A stretch of DNA of 64,000 nt, taken from the NCBI GenBank assembly GCA_002633005.1, contig NMRA01000062.1, forward strand, positions 853,981-917,980, given 5' to 3'. Below the pieces are notes generated by a model. That model had not been told where the DNA came from. It ran no database searches and saw only the letters and a program-made list of their open reading frames with translations. The translations under genes and the position numbers were made by a program. Positions 39,401 through 54,400 of this stretch are shown here, one piece after another; position 1 is the first letter of the stretch; every line of letters starts with the position of its first letter. Source of the stretch: Phoronis australis. Lineage: Eukaryota; Animalia; Phoronida.

Positions 39401-42400
39401 ACAGAGAAGAGTTCAAAAATTTGAAAGGATAACAGAAGATAGATTTCTTTATGATACACCATGATTGGAATCAGTAGTGGAATGAAGGCTACAGATGCTG
39501 TAGGAGATTACTGGTGACGCTACCTATTGTCAGTAAGTGTTAACAAATGTTGGATTATGGGAAAAGTAAATGGAAGGGTGTTTGATAGAAAATTGGTCTG
39601 ATTTATTGCTCCTTACATTCATGGATAATCATGACCGCTGCATACAATCATCTCAGATACTACTTCTATGTACCACAGGAAGAAATACAAAGTAATAAGA
39701 GCGATCAGTTTCAACTACATGAAGGGTAAACATTATATGAACGCAGTCACCAACCTTGGCATCGTCTGCTAAATCTTTCCCTGAGCCGTCACCAGACAAC
39801 ACATCGTCGACGATCTTCTGGGCGTGCTCAGTCAGTGTCTCGATCAAGTCTTTATCAGACGACATGACTGACTGAGACAAAGAGCTTCGGCGAGATACTG
39901 GGCCACTAGCTACGTCTAAAAGGGAGCAAAACGTAGCACTAGTACACGCAACACTACACCAATAAAATCAAACCAGATGTTTCGGTGAAGACATTATGAA
40001 GCAACAGATGATATGTAACACATTGAGGGCTGTTCCAGCAAAATCTGTGTGGGAGGGGGGGAAGGCAAATGACATAAAAATTTATGGGTGGTTGCGTTTG
40101 ATTTAAATTCAAAATGGCTGGTAGTCGTACTTCAAAAAAATTAAAATTTACAGGTCGTTGTTGTTTCATTGGGCCATAAATGTTTGATGGTGGGTAATTT
40201 TAGTAAATTTTATAAACAATCTGCAGAGAATCAAAAACTGAAACAAAAATGCAACTTGCAAAAAGCTCCAACATTTTCACTCCCTCCGATCTCCTCATCG
40301 GCATGCCCATAACACCATTTAACCACAGGTGCTCGAATTTCTCAATGGCTAATAACCATAAATAAGAAACATATGTTTTCTTAGCAATGAATGACGTTAG
40401 TGGTGATGGAGGAACCGATAAACTCAAGCGACTGTGCAGTCAACCACAAGAACAAAAAAAAATTAAGAGTGGTTGCATTTCAAACTTACGGGTGGTAGGC
40501 TGAAGAAATAAATGAAAAATATGGGAGGTGGGTGCGAAAAAAGGTGCCTTCCCCCCTCTCATACAGATTTTACTGGAACAGCCCTGACGTATTTTCTTCA
40601 AAAGATTTTAGTTTGCACAAAGTTAATACCTAGTTTCAACAGGACATCAAACATTCATCCCTTCTCAAAACCTTAGCTGAGACTGAACTGTAGTAATGTT
40701 ACAATTTGCGCATCGCCAGTTCATTTGGTGAAACCTGTTAATTGACTACATCTACAGAAATTAATTACTAGACTGCAAACAGGCAAACTGTGCCCCAAAC
40801 GAAATTTTCCTAAACTACCGTGTGTTCACAAGTGCAAAAGTTGCAAGCATTCTTGATAGTGTTATGCAGAGGTGTGGACAAAATTCAACCACAGAGGAAC
40901 ATGAACAAAAAGGATAAATTTGCAGGATCATATAACAAAATAGTTTGATTAACAAATTAAACAAACTTAAGGAATTGCAGCAACAAAATGGCATCGTACC
41001 GTAATAGCCAAATACTCCACAGGACTGTAGGTAGAATTAACAAAATGCAATTAGTTAGAATGGTCAGTTGTACTGTTTCACACAATATAATCTAGTTAGG
41101 ATCAATCACACAGCATGCAAAATGCAGGAGGTCAACTAAGTTCAATACAGTCATGCTATGGGTGCCATTCAAGGAGCTAGGGGGTTATGGGAAAATTTTG
41201 CTCCATTCTTTGCGTTTCAACCATCAACAAAGGCTGGATTATGAGCAAATGATCGTTACTAAAACCTGCTTTAAAATTCTAGTGGTATGACTTCCTTGAA
41301 TATATGACTTTCCTTTCCACTAAACAGGTTAGCAGACAACATTCAGTTATTTTCAATTTGTCACGAAGAGGCCTAGTATTCGTAAGGTAAGAGTAAACTT
41401 TGTGAAAACTCTCTCATGCATTCAGACATAATCTGTGCTAACGGCTAAAATGGACAAACAACAATGACATAGTGCCGGTAGTCTGCCTGTTCTGTCATTG
41501 TTGCGAAATATCGGCAACGCCAACAAAATGCAAATCAGCTCAAATATGGCTGCAAAATCTGCTTCCTTCCCAGAGAAGAACAGATCGTGGCATGTTAAGG
41601 TTTCCCAACTCAAGGAACCATGCTGTGCACTACAGGAACAAAGAAGAATCACGCAACCCACACAGGTACTGCACTAAGTGTTCACAACAAATCTACATCT
41701 AGAGAACTAACAAACTCAGAATCCAGTGCTCCATGTCTCAATGTGTGACTGCAATGTGCTGTAAGTGTACTTGAAGTGAGTGGTGAACATGCGTCATTAA
41801 CAGTTGTCAATAGGTGTCACGCCATGCAAGGGGGGATGACCTGCACACAGTAACGGGAGACACGCCAGTCGGGTTAGGCTCGCAAACCACTCGCAAGTAC
41901 CTTTCTTGCTGGGTCTAGACAGTGGAGAGTGGAGTGAAGGGCTCGGACCTAAAGACCGCTCTCCCATGCTCACTCCTGTGTCACTCTCAATGACCTCAGA
42001 CGTGTCGGGTTTTTGTATTTGGACAACAGGGGGCGTGTGTATGGAGGGGCTGGGAATGGAGTATTCCTGGTAAGACTGGAAGCCTTCAGAGGGAGCCACT
42101 GACCACACCCTACTTCCAGGAGGAGGCAAGCCTTCCTCTTCTGGTTGAGCGGGGGCCATCAGTTCATCCAATCGGATTTCTATATCCAATGCATCTATTG
42201 GTGCTGAAAGTTAGAGTGACATTTTATACTACCTAACTGTACATGACATATACGTATTCTATTGCTGGAAGTGACTTAAAGGGTGTCTACTGGTCTAAAA
42301 GATTCCATGATCAAGAAAGTGCATGCTATGTGGAACGTATATTATATGCTAGAAGTGAACTATAAGTTACATTGAGCAAATGCATGAAGAAACACATGGC

Positions 42401-45400
42401 CTATGAAATTTCAACACGCAATTCCTATACATTGAATACATTCACACAAAATAGACACTAACTGCAGTGCTTAAATTGAAGCCCAGTTATGTGAATATTA
42501 AAGTGACCACAAATAACATAGCACCAAGACACTCATGAGCAAGTCCTGTGACTTAACTTGGGCTATGAACACGTTTCAATGTCAGCAACACAAGTAATGC
42601 AATGGTACTGAGTATTCAGGTACTGGGCATACAGGTACAAATTAACTTAAGGCGAATACATTAGTTATAATCAAAACTAATATGAATCATCAGAAGAACC
42701 CTCCATCCATACATGAATGGCATAGTGATAATTCTGAGAACACACTGGAAGACAAACACAATCATTTTCATTTCACAGCTGAAACAGAATCATACTATTA
42801 TTGACCTGAAATATTGTCAAAGTTGATAGCTCTCCTGGCCGGTCTTTCTTATGACACACAATGAACACAGCAGACAAATAAAGCAACATGAAAGGCGACA
42901 AAACATAAAACAAAAGCTGTAAGAAATGTAGCTTGTGACAAAATATCACTTAACACCATATTAAATGATTATCCGCTGTGCAACAGAACCAATTAGACAT
43001 CATGGAGACAGTAATTTGAACGTTTCACCTCTTCCCAAGAGCCACTTTAAAGTCTAGACACTAGGATAGCTAGGCTGTTGCAAAATCTAGGCACTCAGAG
43101 CTGCCGAATGGCCGCAAATGCAAAATGGCCACCAGGAACATCTCAAGTATCCTAGAACTACCAAAAATGAAATGCAATATTTTGAAAAGGGTTTTAAACT
43201 TGGCAAGAAGTGAATGAAAACAAAATCGTTTTGCCTGCCTACAAAAATTATTTTTTTTTTGGAAATTTCACATTTCTCACAGCTTCACAAACCAGTAGTG
43301 CGGCTCCCATGCTGTTAGTTGGTGCTTAGATCAGCCGGACGATGAACTCGTGCCTGTGGTACCGTATAGAAACTCATCAATGTTAGACAAACATAAGAGC
43401 TGCTCTGCACACATGAATGTCATTCACTGAGCCAGTAAACCTTCAAGGTTTCCACTTTCTAACTGAATACCTCTCAAGTTTTAGGCAGGCATACAGTTTA
43501 ACATTGAGGTACAATTTTTACGCTGTTCTTATGCAACAGGTTTGAAGACAGTTGTGTAATGATTTATCGCAATCACCAAAATATCTGGTCACAAATCTAG
43601 TTCAAAGATGCTTCTGCAAAACGTCCAAATTTGATGACTTAACAGTAATTTGCTGGTGATGTTTCATACTTAACCTTAGCAACAATGTGAATTTGTTGAG
43701 AAGGAACACACACAGTAACTTGTACAAAAAAGCGTAGCATCATCTATTAAAGCGGCCACACTACATGTAACACTGCACCAGTCTGACATTCACATTTGCA
43801 ACACAGTTTTATATTAAACGCCACTTATTGTTGTCAAGCAAGGCCCACACACCACAGACAACAACTCAAAACCAACAAGACATGAAACGCAGAAACACTA
43901 CATGCCTTTAATCCACATTTGCCAAAAAAATCAAAACGTTAGTTTATTTTTTCTTCGATGTATAATACAAAAAATGAAAACTCGAGACCTTACAATTAAC
44001 ACTGAAGTGATTTTTTGACAATTTTTGGGATAAAAGACACAAACCATCCAGAGAATTATCAACGCCAAAACCTCACATGTATTCTACATTGGACATAGCA
44101 ACTTGCGTCAATTTTCTAACATGTCTGCCAGCAACCATTAGTAGACAGTGCGTAACTACAAGACATCACATGTGCCAAGCCACATAGAGTGACTACCTGA
44201 CTCCACAAGGCTGTGTTTACTCAGCCTGGATCCTGATTGGCTGTCGCCTTGGTGATAGCTCTTGACAGTCATGGACATAGTGGGATCCACATCACCACTT
44301 TGTAAATTTATCTCTGTAGAAATGAGAAACTGGGAAATTAATACAAACAGCCACATGGCAACAAGCAGTGTGTAGTATGGTCAGGACAGGTAAACCACAC
44401 CGCAGCCTTCTCCACAACATAAAATTCAAACTCAACGGGAATACCACATAGTTCATGAATGTTAGGTAATGTTGATGTTCTTACTGTTGGGGGGTTGTAT
44501 ATAAAACCTCGAAATCGGTAGACTGCATTGATGAAAAAAATGAAGAACGTTCTAATTTGCTGAGGTTTTGTCGTATCTCCTGTGTGTTCAAACTCGCTAC
44601 AGTAACACCGTGTACAAACTCTTAAGGGCAAAATCCAAACTCGATATTGCAACATGTCAAAGCAAGTAGTGGAGAANACTTAACAGTAATTTGTTGTTAA
44701 AGTTCCTTAGCAACATTGTGAATTTGTTGAGAAGAAACACACACAGTAACTTGCACAAAAAAGCGTAGCATCATCTATTAAAGCGGCCACACTACATGTA
44801 ACACTGCACCAGTCTGACATTCACATTTGCAACACAGTTTTACATTAAACGCCACTTATTGTTGTCAAGCAAGGCCCACACACCACAGACAACAACTCAA
44901 AACCAACAAGACATGAAATGCAGAAACACTATAAGCCTTTAATCCACATTTGCCAAAAAATCAAAATGTGAGTTTATTTTTTCTCCATCTAACTCGATGA
45001 AAACTCGAGACCTTACAATTAACACTGAAGTGATTTTTTGACAATTTTTGGGACAAAAGACACAAACCACCCAGAGAATTATCAACGCCAAAACCTCACA
45101 TGTATTCTACATTGGACATAGCAACTTGCGTCAATTTTCTAACATGTCTGCCAGCGACCATTAGTACACAGTGCGTAACTACAAGACATCACATGTGCCA
45201 AGCCACATAGAGTGACTACCTGACTCCACAAGGCTGTGTTTACTCAGCCTGGATCCTGATTGGCTGTCGCCTTGGTGATAGCTCTTGACAGTCATGGACA
45301 TAGTGGGATCCACATCACCACTTTGTAAATTTATCTCTGTAGAAATGAGAAACTGGGAAATTAATACAAACAGCCACATGGCAACAAGCAGTGTGTAGTA

Positions 45401-48400
45401 TGGTCAGGACAGGTAAACCACACCGCAGCCTTCTCCACAACATAAAATTCAAACTCAACGGGAATACCACATAGTTCATGAATGTTAGGTAATGTTGATG
45501 TTCTTACTGTTGGGGGGTTGTATATAAAACCTCGAAATCGGTAGACTGCATTGATGAAAAAAATGAAGAACGTTCTAATTTGCTGAGGTTTTGTCGTATC
45601 TCCTGTGTGTTCAAACTCGCTACAGTAACACCGTGTACAAACTCTTAAGGGCAAAATCCAAACTCGATATTGCAACATGTCAAAGCAAGTAGTGGAGAAT
45701 GCTGTTCCCTGCCACGGATTCACCGACTAGAGAACACACAGCAAAGTAGCCGCTATCAATTTGTAGACACACTGTCCGAGGTACTGAGCTAGAATCAATA
45801 TCAAGATGCAATGGATGGTGAGACAAGATGATAAACGAAGGAGTTTTGCTTTGAGCCATCTTCTACTGGCATTAACTAAGTGAGAATGTTTGTCACCTAA
45901 GTGAAGAATACCTGCATACTTAAGATCACTTAACAGCAATTATACTGAAACTGAACAGCAAAAGTTGCGTCTACGTTACACCAAAGAGTACATTATGGTC
46001 CAACTAAGCAATTTGAAAAATTCAAAATAAAGCCTTTAAAATAAACAAAATTGCAGTGCCTGTACATACACTACACTACATAGTGCATGGTGAACTAGCA
46101 ACAGTGGAACTAAAACAGCAGGCGATATCTGGCACATGCTACGGTGAATGGAAGTTTCCTAATCCTGTTGGTGCTGAAAACAATATGCACGGCCAAGATA
46201 ACGTGAAGAACCATGACACCTCACGAACAGAAGACATTCAGCAAACCTTTGCCTTTTTGAGGTTATAACGAGCAACTGGTAAAACCAATCCAAGCAGCTT
46301 TAGTTCATTGCATAGTTTAATACAGCTGATTGTCTTCAAATAAGGTTTTGTCTACATTGTTGTAAGATTTGCAGTCTTTTGCAGAGGATGTTGTAAAATA
46401 CACAATTGCAGTTGTTGCCAATAACTGCGAGTAGGTAAAAACACTCACCCTGTTGAAACAAGAAAGTATACATCTGCAACAACATGCGAAAGACTGCAAC
46501 CATGACTTAAAACAGTATTTATATCAGGCCAAATGTATGTGTGCAAAAAAAACCCAATTCATGGTCTAATTTTTTTGTTCATCGTCATGAAATGTCATGG
46601 TTTCTTTTGTTAACATAACATGCAATAGCCAGTCACGTGCTGGTCATGTGATAACAAAATAGTGGTCCTGATCTAGGTCACAGTGCACATGCTGACTCAA
46701 CGCTGTAACGTTATCATATAAAAACTTGGGAGGGAACATAACATGCACTGTAGCCATGATGGCAATTCTTATTGGGTAAGGAATGACAGACAGTGCATTG
46801 CATGATGGGAAGGCTTGAAGACCTGTTGACTGCCGAGGACTCCATGTTGGCGCCCAGAATTGCCACCTCTCTCCTTCCTCACTACTATCTGAGGCAAAGT
46901 CACTGGCCTCCTGGATGGTAATCAGTGGAATGTTTTGATGATAGCCTTTTGACCGACGGCGACCGAAGACTTTTGAATAGAGACTGAGAGCTGCTTCTTA
47001 CCAAACAGGGGAAGGCAAAGACAAATATTTGTTAATACTTAAAGACTGAGCCATAAAGAGCCAGTTGCTAATTTAATGGAAAAATCTAGAAGCAAAGCAG
47101 CTAAAGCTGAAACTGATACAAAAGATTTCAAGAATTGTTTGCGTTAAGAGCAGAGAAGACTGGCTGAAATGTCTTGAATGAACAAAAAACAACACAAGCA
47201 TTGAATCAATGATTAGCTAGCAAGACTTGTGACCGTCTGCTTGTCGAAGAACTACCCTCCACTATCTCCCAATATGTAAGAACTCACTTCACATTATTTT
47301 GACTTCTTGAAGTAAATTTCCAATATGGTAGTCAGGGTTGAGAGATTAATAAAAATCTTGAAAGGGCAAGCATGTATCCATAACCTCAGTTACGAGAAAA
47401 AAAAAATTTTGCAAACTCCAAACCAACCTATCTCAGGAATGGTTGCTAAGATTAAAATGAAACTTTTAGATATGAATTAATTCTGTTCTCCATAGCATCT
47501 TTAGGAATTGTTTTGAAAGCTCTAATTCTGCATAAAAGCTACAAAAAGTGGGATTTTTATGGTCACATGACTCAAGTAGTAGTTGATTGGCATAAAGTAA
47601 AAAGTCACTAATTCTTTAGCCTTACTACTTTTAGAAAATAAATCACTTTTCCTCTTAAAATTTTGGCTAAATGCACGAACTAGTTGATAAGGACACGCAG
47701 TCTTAAACTATAATTATGTGAGTGACTAAAGCATCTGAAATTTGAAAATTAGAACAAAGTTTGTTTCAAGGAGTAATTGTATCAGGTAACACAGGACTGA
47801 CAAACAACATGCTCCTCTCAAATACTCACTCACCAATTAAGATAACAATGAATTTGATTGATTAACCGACTTGTATACAATGGTGAAACTTCCATGAAAT
47901 AAACAATTCTCACCAATTGGATCTGGGTAGCCGTATGGCTTGATAACAGCCCTACTACTGGACTTGGAGACTTGAGACTTCCATTCATCAGCCTCTATTC
48001 CAACCTCTGAGGCGTCAGTGACATCACCCGCTGGAAATTAAGAAGTCAAATTCAATTAAATGTAAAAGGGCCACTGCTCTTCAACTAATAAGCTCCAAAA
48101 ACAAATTCAAAATGGTTTCCTTTCAGGCGACCAATGGTAAAATGTGCTTACTGCTAAAAACATTTTTTGCAAATCAGATTTTTTTTTCAAAAGTGAAAAG
48201 TAAATTATCATTTTTGCAACAGAATTAAGTACACCCCTGCATTAAAAAGGGGATATTTAAAAGTATTTATTACTGATCCAAACAATGTTTTAAGGACGAT
48301 ACCTAACATAGTACTATCATAAATGAAACTAAATATGTTTCTTATCAACTTTTTCATGATTACAGTAATATATTATAAGCCAGAAATTAATACCCAAGTG

Positions 48401-51400
48401 TTTGCTGTCAGATGGCCATATTTAAAAGAACATGATTTCTAAGGGTGATTATGAAGACATATAGTTTTTCAATCACATAAAACATTCTATTAGATACGCA
48501 CAAAACTGATCAGACATCCAGCAGTACGTATATTCTAGAAATGAAGCAAATACTGGAAATGGTAATATATTTCCACCAATTGCTTTACTTCTTTTATCTA
48601 TTTGATCTAGCAAGGTATGACTGGGATATTCTTTTAAGACATTTTATCATACGAATTTGGTTGTTAGTGATGACTAACAAATTTTTTAAGGATCGAATGA
48701 AAAAGCTTTCATATTTGATGGGCCGATTCTCAAGGTTATCTGGCCGAACTGAACCATCCAGCATTGTTTTTTTTTGTCTTAAGCTCCCTCAACCGAGTTC
48801 TATTATTAATAATATTTTCTTAGAAAGTTTGGTGTCTATCGGAAGTTCCGGTAAAACACCCGCATTACGCATCACAACTCAACTTTTCCTAAAACCAAGT
48901 CCTTAGTATTGCTTCCAATTATGCTTGAGGCAAATGGTGTGACGCAAAGCAGTTCAAAGTTTCACGATAACAGTAAAAATTCTCCAACTTGGGATCGCCT
49001 CTGGAATTTGGAACAGAGAAACTAGCAAAAATTTAATTTTCTTGATTCTGGAATTTGGGACACGGGCGACATTGGCGTTCACCATATTTCTCAAATTTTG
49101 GACAATGTGTTTTCAATCTACTAAGTGGGTAATTTTGCCATCTTTCCGGTGATTCTTGAATTTGGGGAGGTCAATATTGCCTATTTCTAGAATTTTGGGC
49201 AAGCTCTGAACTTGAGCAAATTAATCTATTTTTTTAATGTCCCACATTGGAGAATGGTTACCATAATTAACAAACCTGCTTCCTCAGGTGTGATAAAATT
49301 GGCATCAGAAACGACTCCAATAGACTGTTGATCACTGTCTACTTTTGGAGGAATAGAGCCTCCGATAGAAAGGGGGATCACAGCGCCCCCTGGGGCAAAT
49401 ATTACGCTGCCTTTAATTGACATAGCCTCGTCACCACTCTTCACACTCCCAGCTGTGAAGATACAGAGTCACGGGTAGAAGAAAGAAAGGTCAGAAAGAG
49501 AATTAAATAAAAAATCAAACACCAGGGATTTCAGTGATTTGCCATAAAGAAATCGCAGACAAGTTATCGGATATGCAAGAATTAAGGAAAATATTAACAA
49601 GTAATTATGGTTATTGGTAAAATCTTTAATGATTTGGAGCCCAATTAATGACTGTTCAAAGTAGATGTACAGAAAGAAAAAATAATCCAAAGTAAAGTAA
49701 AAATTGTTAAATGATATTACATTAAACAGATAAAATATGTTCATTAACATAGGATTGGAAACAATTATAGGCAACAAAAATAAAATCGATTGAAACTAAT
49801 TAATTTTAAGCAAATTTCGAATTAGACAATATCAGTTAACAAATAAATATTAGTTAAAAAGTTAAAACACCAGAGAAGGAATATTCTTATCTGTCAGCTC
49901 ACCTTTTGACGGAGACTTAGAAGAGGATTTCAGACTCCCTTTCAAGAGAGCGCCTGACTGCTGCCCAGGGGATTTGAGATCACGGCTTTCAAGAGCCTGT
50001 TGAAAGGCACTGAAGACAGACTCGGTGCTGCCCTGTAATTGGGACCCCCCAGCCAGTACAGGACCTGACAAGACCAGACAACAGGTGACGTTAACTTGCA
50101 ATTATACAAGAGAGCAGAACTTTAAATTATCACTTTCTCAAAAACAAATTTGTCAGTAGAAACATGAACAAGCAGTCAAAAGTACTAAACTTAAGTTAGA
50201 AATGATAAAAATGAAAGCAAAATTATAGTCAATGAATCATTATCAAAACACATCTATGCCAGGGTGGTGGAATACAGTTGTAGCTTTCAAAATAAATTGA
50301 TGTAAAACGCATAAAAATGTGCCATTTCATTTTTCGATTCAATTTTGCTCCACACAACTTGTCAATCAGTAGTGGCTACTCACTATTAAGTCACATTAAA
50401 ATTTAATTGAGGTACAACAAAAATGTCATTTTATTGGGGCAAAAGTTCGACTAAACTGCCAAACATTTAAGGCAAGAAGGCCATCCCAGTTTGACAGAGT
50501 TCTGTCAAAGTCTGTCAAGTTTATTTTGAAAGCTACGCCAAAGGGTAGATCACCCCAGACAAATACGCAAATGATGCGGGTTAAGAAAGGATAATAAAAT
50601 GAGGACAGTAAGTAAATCAGAAGATGATTAAATAAAAAATAATTTGTAATTAAGTCAATGAGATAATTTGCTGCTAGAAGCAATTCCATGTTATTTCAGA
50701 GGCCTACAGCACAGGAAGCAAGCTTGAGCCTTGTTTGTGCAGAACAGGGCTGGGTCTCCANNNNNNNNNNNNNNNNNNNNNNNNNNNNNNNNNNNNNNNN
50801 NNNNNNNNNNNNNNNNNNNNNNNNNNNNNNNNNNNNNNNNNNNNNNNNNNNNNNNNNNNNNNNNNNNNNNNNNNNNNNNNNNNNNNNNNNNNNNNNNNNN
50901 NNNNNNNNNNNNNNNNNNNNNNNNNNNNNNNNNNNNNNNNNNNNNNNNNNNNNNNNTTAAGCAAATTTCGAATTAGACAATATCAGTTAACAAATAAATA
51001 TTAGTTAAAAAGTTAAAACACCAGAGAAGGAATATTCTTATCTGTCAGCTCACCTTTTGACGGAGACTTAGAAGAGGATTTCAGACTCCCTTTCAAGAGA
51101 GCGCCTGACTGCTGCCCAGGGGATTTGAGATCACGGCTTTCAAGAGCCTGTTGAAAGGCACTGAAGACAGACTCGGTGCTGCCCTGTAATTGGGACCCCC
51201 CAGCCAGTACAGGACCTAACAAGACCAGACAATAGGTGGCGTTAACTTGGAATTATACAAGAGAGCAGAACTTTAAATTATCTATTTCTCAAAAACAAAT
51301 TTGTAAGTAGAAACATGAACAAGCAGTCAAAAGTACTAAACTTAAGTTAGAAAGGATAAAAATGAAAGCAAAATTATAGTCAACGAATCATTATCAAAAC

Positions 51401-54400
51401 ACATCTATGACAGGGTGGTGGAATACAGTAACTGTAGCTTTCAAAATAAATTGATGTAAAACGCATAAAAATGTACCATTTCGTTTTTCGGTTCAATTTT
51501 GCTCCACACAACTTGTCAATCAGTAGTGGCTACTCACTATTAAGTCACATTAAAATTTAATTGAGGTACAACAAAATGTCATTTTATTGTGACAAAAGTT
51601 TGACTAAACTGCCCAACATTTAAGGCAAGAAGGCCATCCCAGTTTGACAGAGTTCTGTCAAAGTCTGTCAAGTTTATTTTGAAAGCTACGCCAAATGGTA
51701 GATCACCCAGACAAATATGCAAATAATGCGGGTTAAGAAAGGATAATCAAATAATGACTGTCAGTAAATCAGAAGATGATTAAATAAAAAACGAGATCAT
51801 TTGCTGCTAGAAGCAAATCCTTGTTATTTCTGAAGCATACAGCAGAGGAAGCGAGCTTGAGTCTTGTTTGCACAGAACAGGGCTAGGTCTCCATAGTTGC
51901 TGGCATCGTTCTGCTTGTTGTGTTTCCAGTAGAACACTAATTCCATCCACGATCAGCACCAGTTTTACAACTGCACACATGACTCCCCACATCTTATTTC
52001 GTGTGTGCAGTCAACCGCAGCATTCACTCACCTGATGCAGACTTTTTACTGGTTGTATCCGTTTTGGGGACACTCTCCGTGGCCAGCTTCTCTGACGCGG
52101 ACTCTTCTTCTGAAACCTCCTTGATGCCCGATGCCCAACCATCCAAAGCCTCTTCTGCTTAAAAGAATAGGAAGTTGGCAAATAGCATATCTTGGCTAGG
52201 GCCGGCAGACATTCACAAAGCAATGACTGAGGTGCTTCCGTATACGCAACACACTTGAAAAAACAAGATCACACTAGACCATGAAAGGAGTGTCACACGA
52301 GTATGCTCAGGATCGTACCCACTTACACTAGCAAAATGGCCGCCACTGAACTGATTGGTCGCGAGGTTGGAATGCTGAGTTCTGTTATTGATCCATAAGT
52401 ACTCGCACATCTGCAGTGTTTTTCATTATAAAAAGGATCGTCAGTTAATATGCATGACATATTATAATAAAGATTTAAAATGATATTCAGGCCATATTGC
52501 ATACAACATTGTGACAATTCTCAAAATCTGGCTCAACATCAAGAAGCAAACAAAATAACTGAACCACGACTTACAATGAATGCAAAGCATGTAAACAAGT
52601 TTCCTCACTATACGGTTACACCAAAATCACTTTTAACAGAATGCTGTCGAAACTACAGCAGCATCTGAGATTCATAGCAGACAGAACTGTGCTGCTGACA
52701 TGATGTGTACCTTCTGTGGCTGGGTCTTCATCCATTGTCTGTAAGGTTGGTTCCCGTGACAACAGACCAGGTGTAGGCCCACCTGTCTGAGCATTTGACA
52801 AGGAGGAGTGTTGTGGAGTAGGAGGCTGTATGTTGATAGGAGGCACCAACGCTGGAATTATGGGAAACATAATACAACACAATGGCGTTACAAGTTTGTA
52901 AGAATTTATTTGGCTTTGAAAAACTGGCCAAATTTATTAGAAAAGTTTTGAACAAAACATCTGGCACATGTTTCTGTCTCTAATACCATGTGTTGGAGTA
53001 AGATCAGTATCTACAACAAAAAAACATTCAAGGTCACTTGATTACAACCAGTGGTAAAGGATGATATACAAACTGGAAATTGCAGAGAATTTTGTCAGTA
53101 AAAAGTGCAGCATATTAATTTGCAGCCATTGGGACCTTTCTGAGGTCTATCCACAGGAAATCCTGGTAATAAAAAATAATGTTAACGTAGTACAAACAAA
53201 AGTGGGACGTTTATGTCTGGTTATAAGAAGATGGTTCAAACTACTGATTCTGCTCAAAATACGTACTGTTGTTATTGAGTGGGTGTAGCAGTTCCCTAGA
53301 AGAGCCAGGTCCTTCCACAACACTTTTGATTGGAGACAGAGCAGCTTGTATAGGTGGCAGAGGGGGTTTGCCGGTGGTTGAAATAGCAGACGTTTCACTC
53401 ACAGTCTTAACTGAAGCTACAGGTATACCTCCAATGTATTCCCTATCTGACACTCCCTGCGCCCAGCTGCTGGTACGACTACTGCGACTAGCACCACCTA
53501 TTGGATGCAGCAGGAAACATGGTCAACATACATAACAACAGTTTTCAAAAGCTCGGATGGCTTCACCAAAGTTATGGCAAAAACCCAAGAAGGAACCTGA
53601 TGAAAAATAATCGACTTTTGATGAGCCAAAATGTCGTCAAGGTTTTTTGAAAACTATGTACTAAAAACATCATATGATTGAGAATAACACAAAAGGTGCT
53701 ACAGTATGTTTTTGCTAACGTGATGACACCACAACGGTTTGACTTGGAAGAAATCTGTGCAATTTGTGCATCGTTAATGAATTAAAACCACGATTTTGTT
53801 AATTCAAACATCGGTGCAAGTAAATAACAATGCCACACAGCTAGAAAACAATTATTAGAAGTACAAATTGTACCAACATGCACTTAGATCAGGAAATAAC
53901 CCCCACCCTTATCAGAAACTATAAACTAAAACACACTATAACTCAAAAAAGAAAGACGCCAACAAGGGAAGAAAGAACGCCAGCTAAGAGTACGGAAACA
54001 TACAATACTAAGACACGCTAAATACATGTTTACAATTTAGAAGGGATCTACATTAATTACACTTAGAGACATCGACTAAAGAAATCAGAATCTAAACTAC
54101 ATGTAAACTACAAGCTTGATGTTGAATAGACAGTGAGATACTACACAATAGGTAGACACAAGGCGACACCTGGTGGTCTTACCTCCCCTTAAAATCACTG
54201 AATATAGGTGGCATTGTGGTCTAGTCACAGTCTGTGAAATGTGCTTCAAGTTCTAGTGATTATCTGAGCTTCATCAAATGGCAAGTGAATGTTACTCTCG
54301 CAGTGTTTTAGATCAACTTCAATGGAGACATCACGTCTAGTCACGTGACTCATAAAGTTTGCCAACACACATGGCTTGATTGAATGCAACCTCCACAGGA

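Larger units (their letters stand above)
43637..45699. repeat. Direct duplication of ~1.03 kb (43637-44676 / 44678-45699) split by a single N
   Basis: Near-identical copies with scattered SNPs and one indel block; junction is exactly the N at 44677. Confidence 0.9.
49806..51893. repeat. Direct duplication of ~0.95 kb (49806-50760 / 50957-51893) flanking an N gap
   Basis: Each copy abuts the gap at 50761-50956; a few percent divergent in the intron, exon peptide identical. Confidence 0.9.

Noticed and set aside
48294-48906. 121-aa ORF and a possible TTAA-flanked element
   Set aside because: The ORF is AT-rich noise antisense to an intron; the terminal match is only ~4 bp, too weak to call
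50688-51004. ORFs containing X runs
   Set aside because: Artefacts of translating through the N gap
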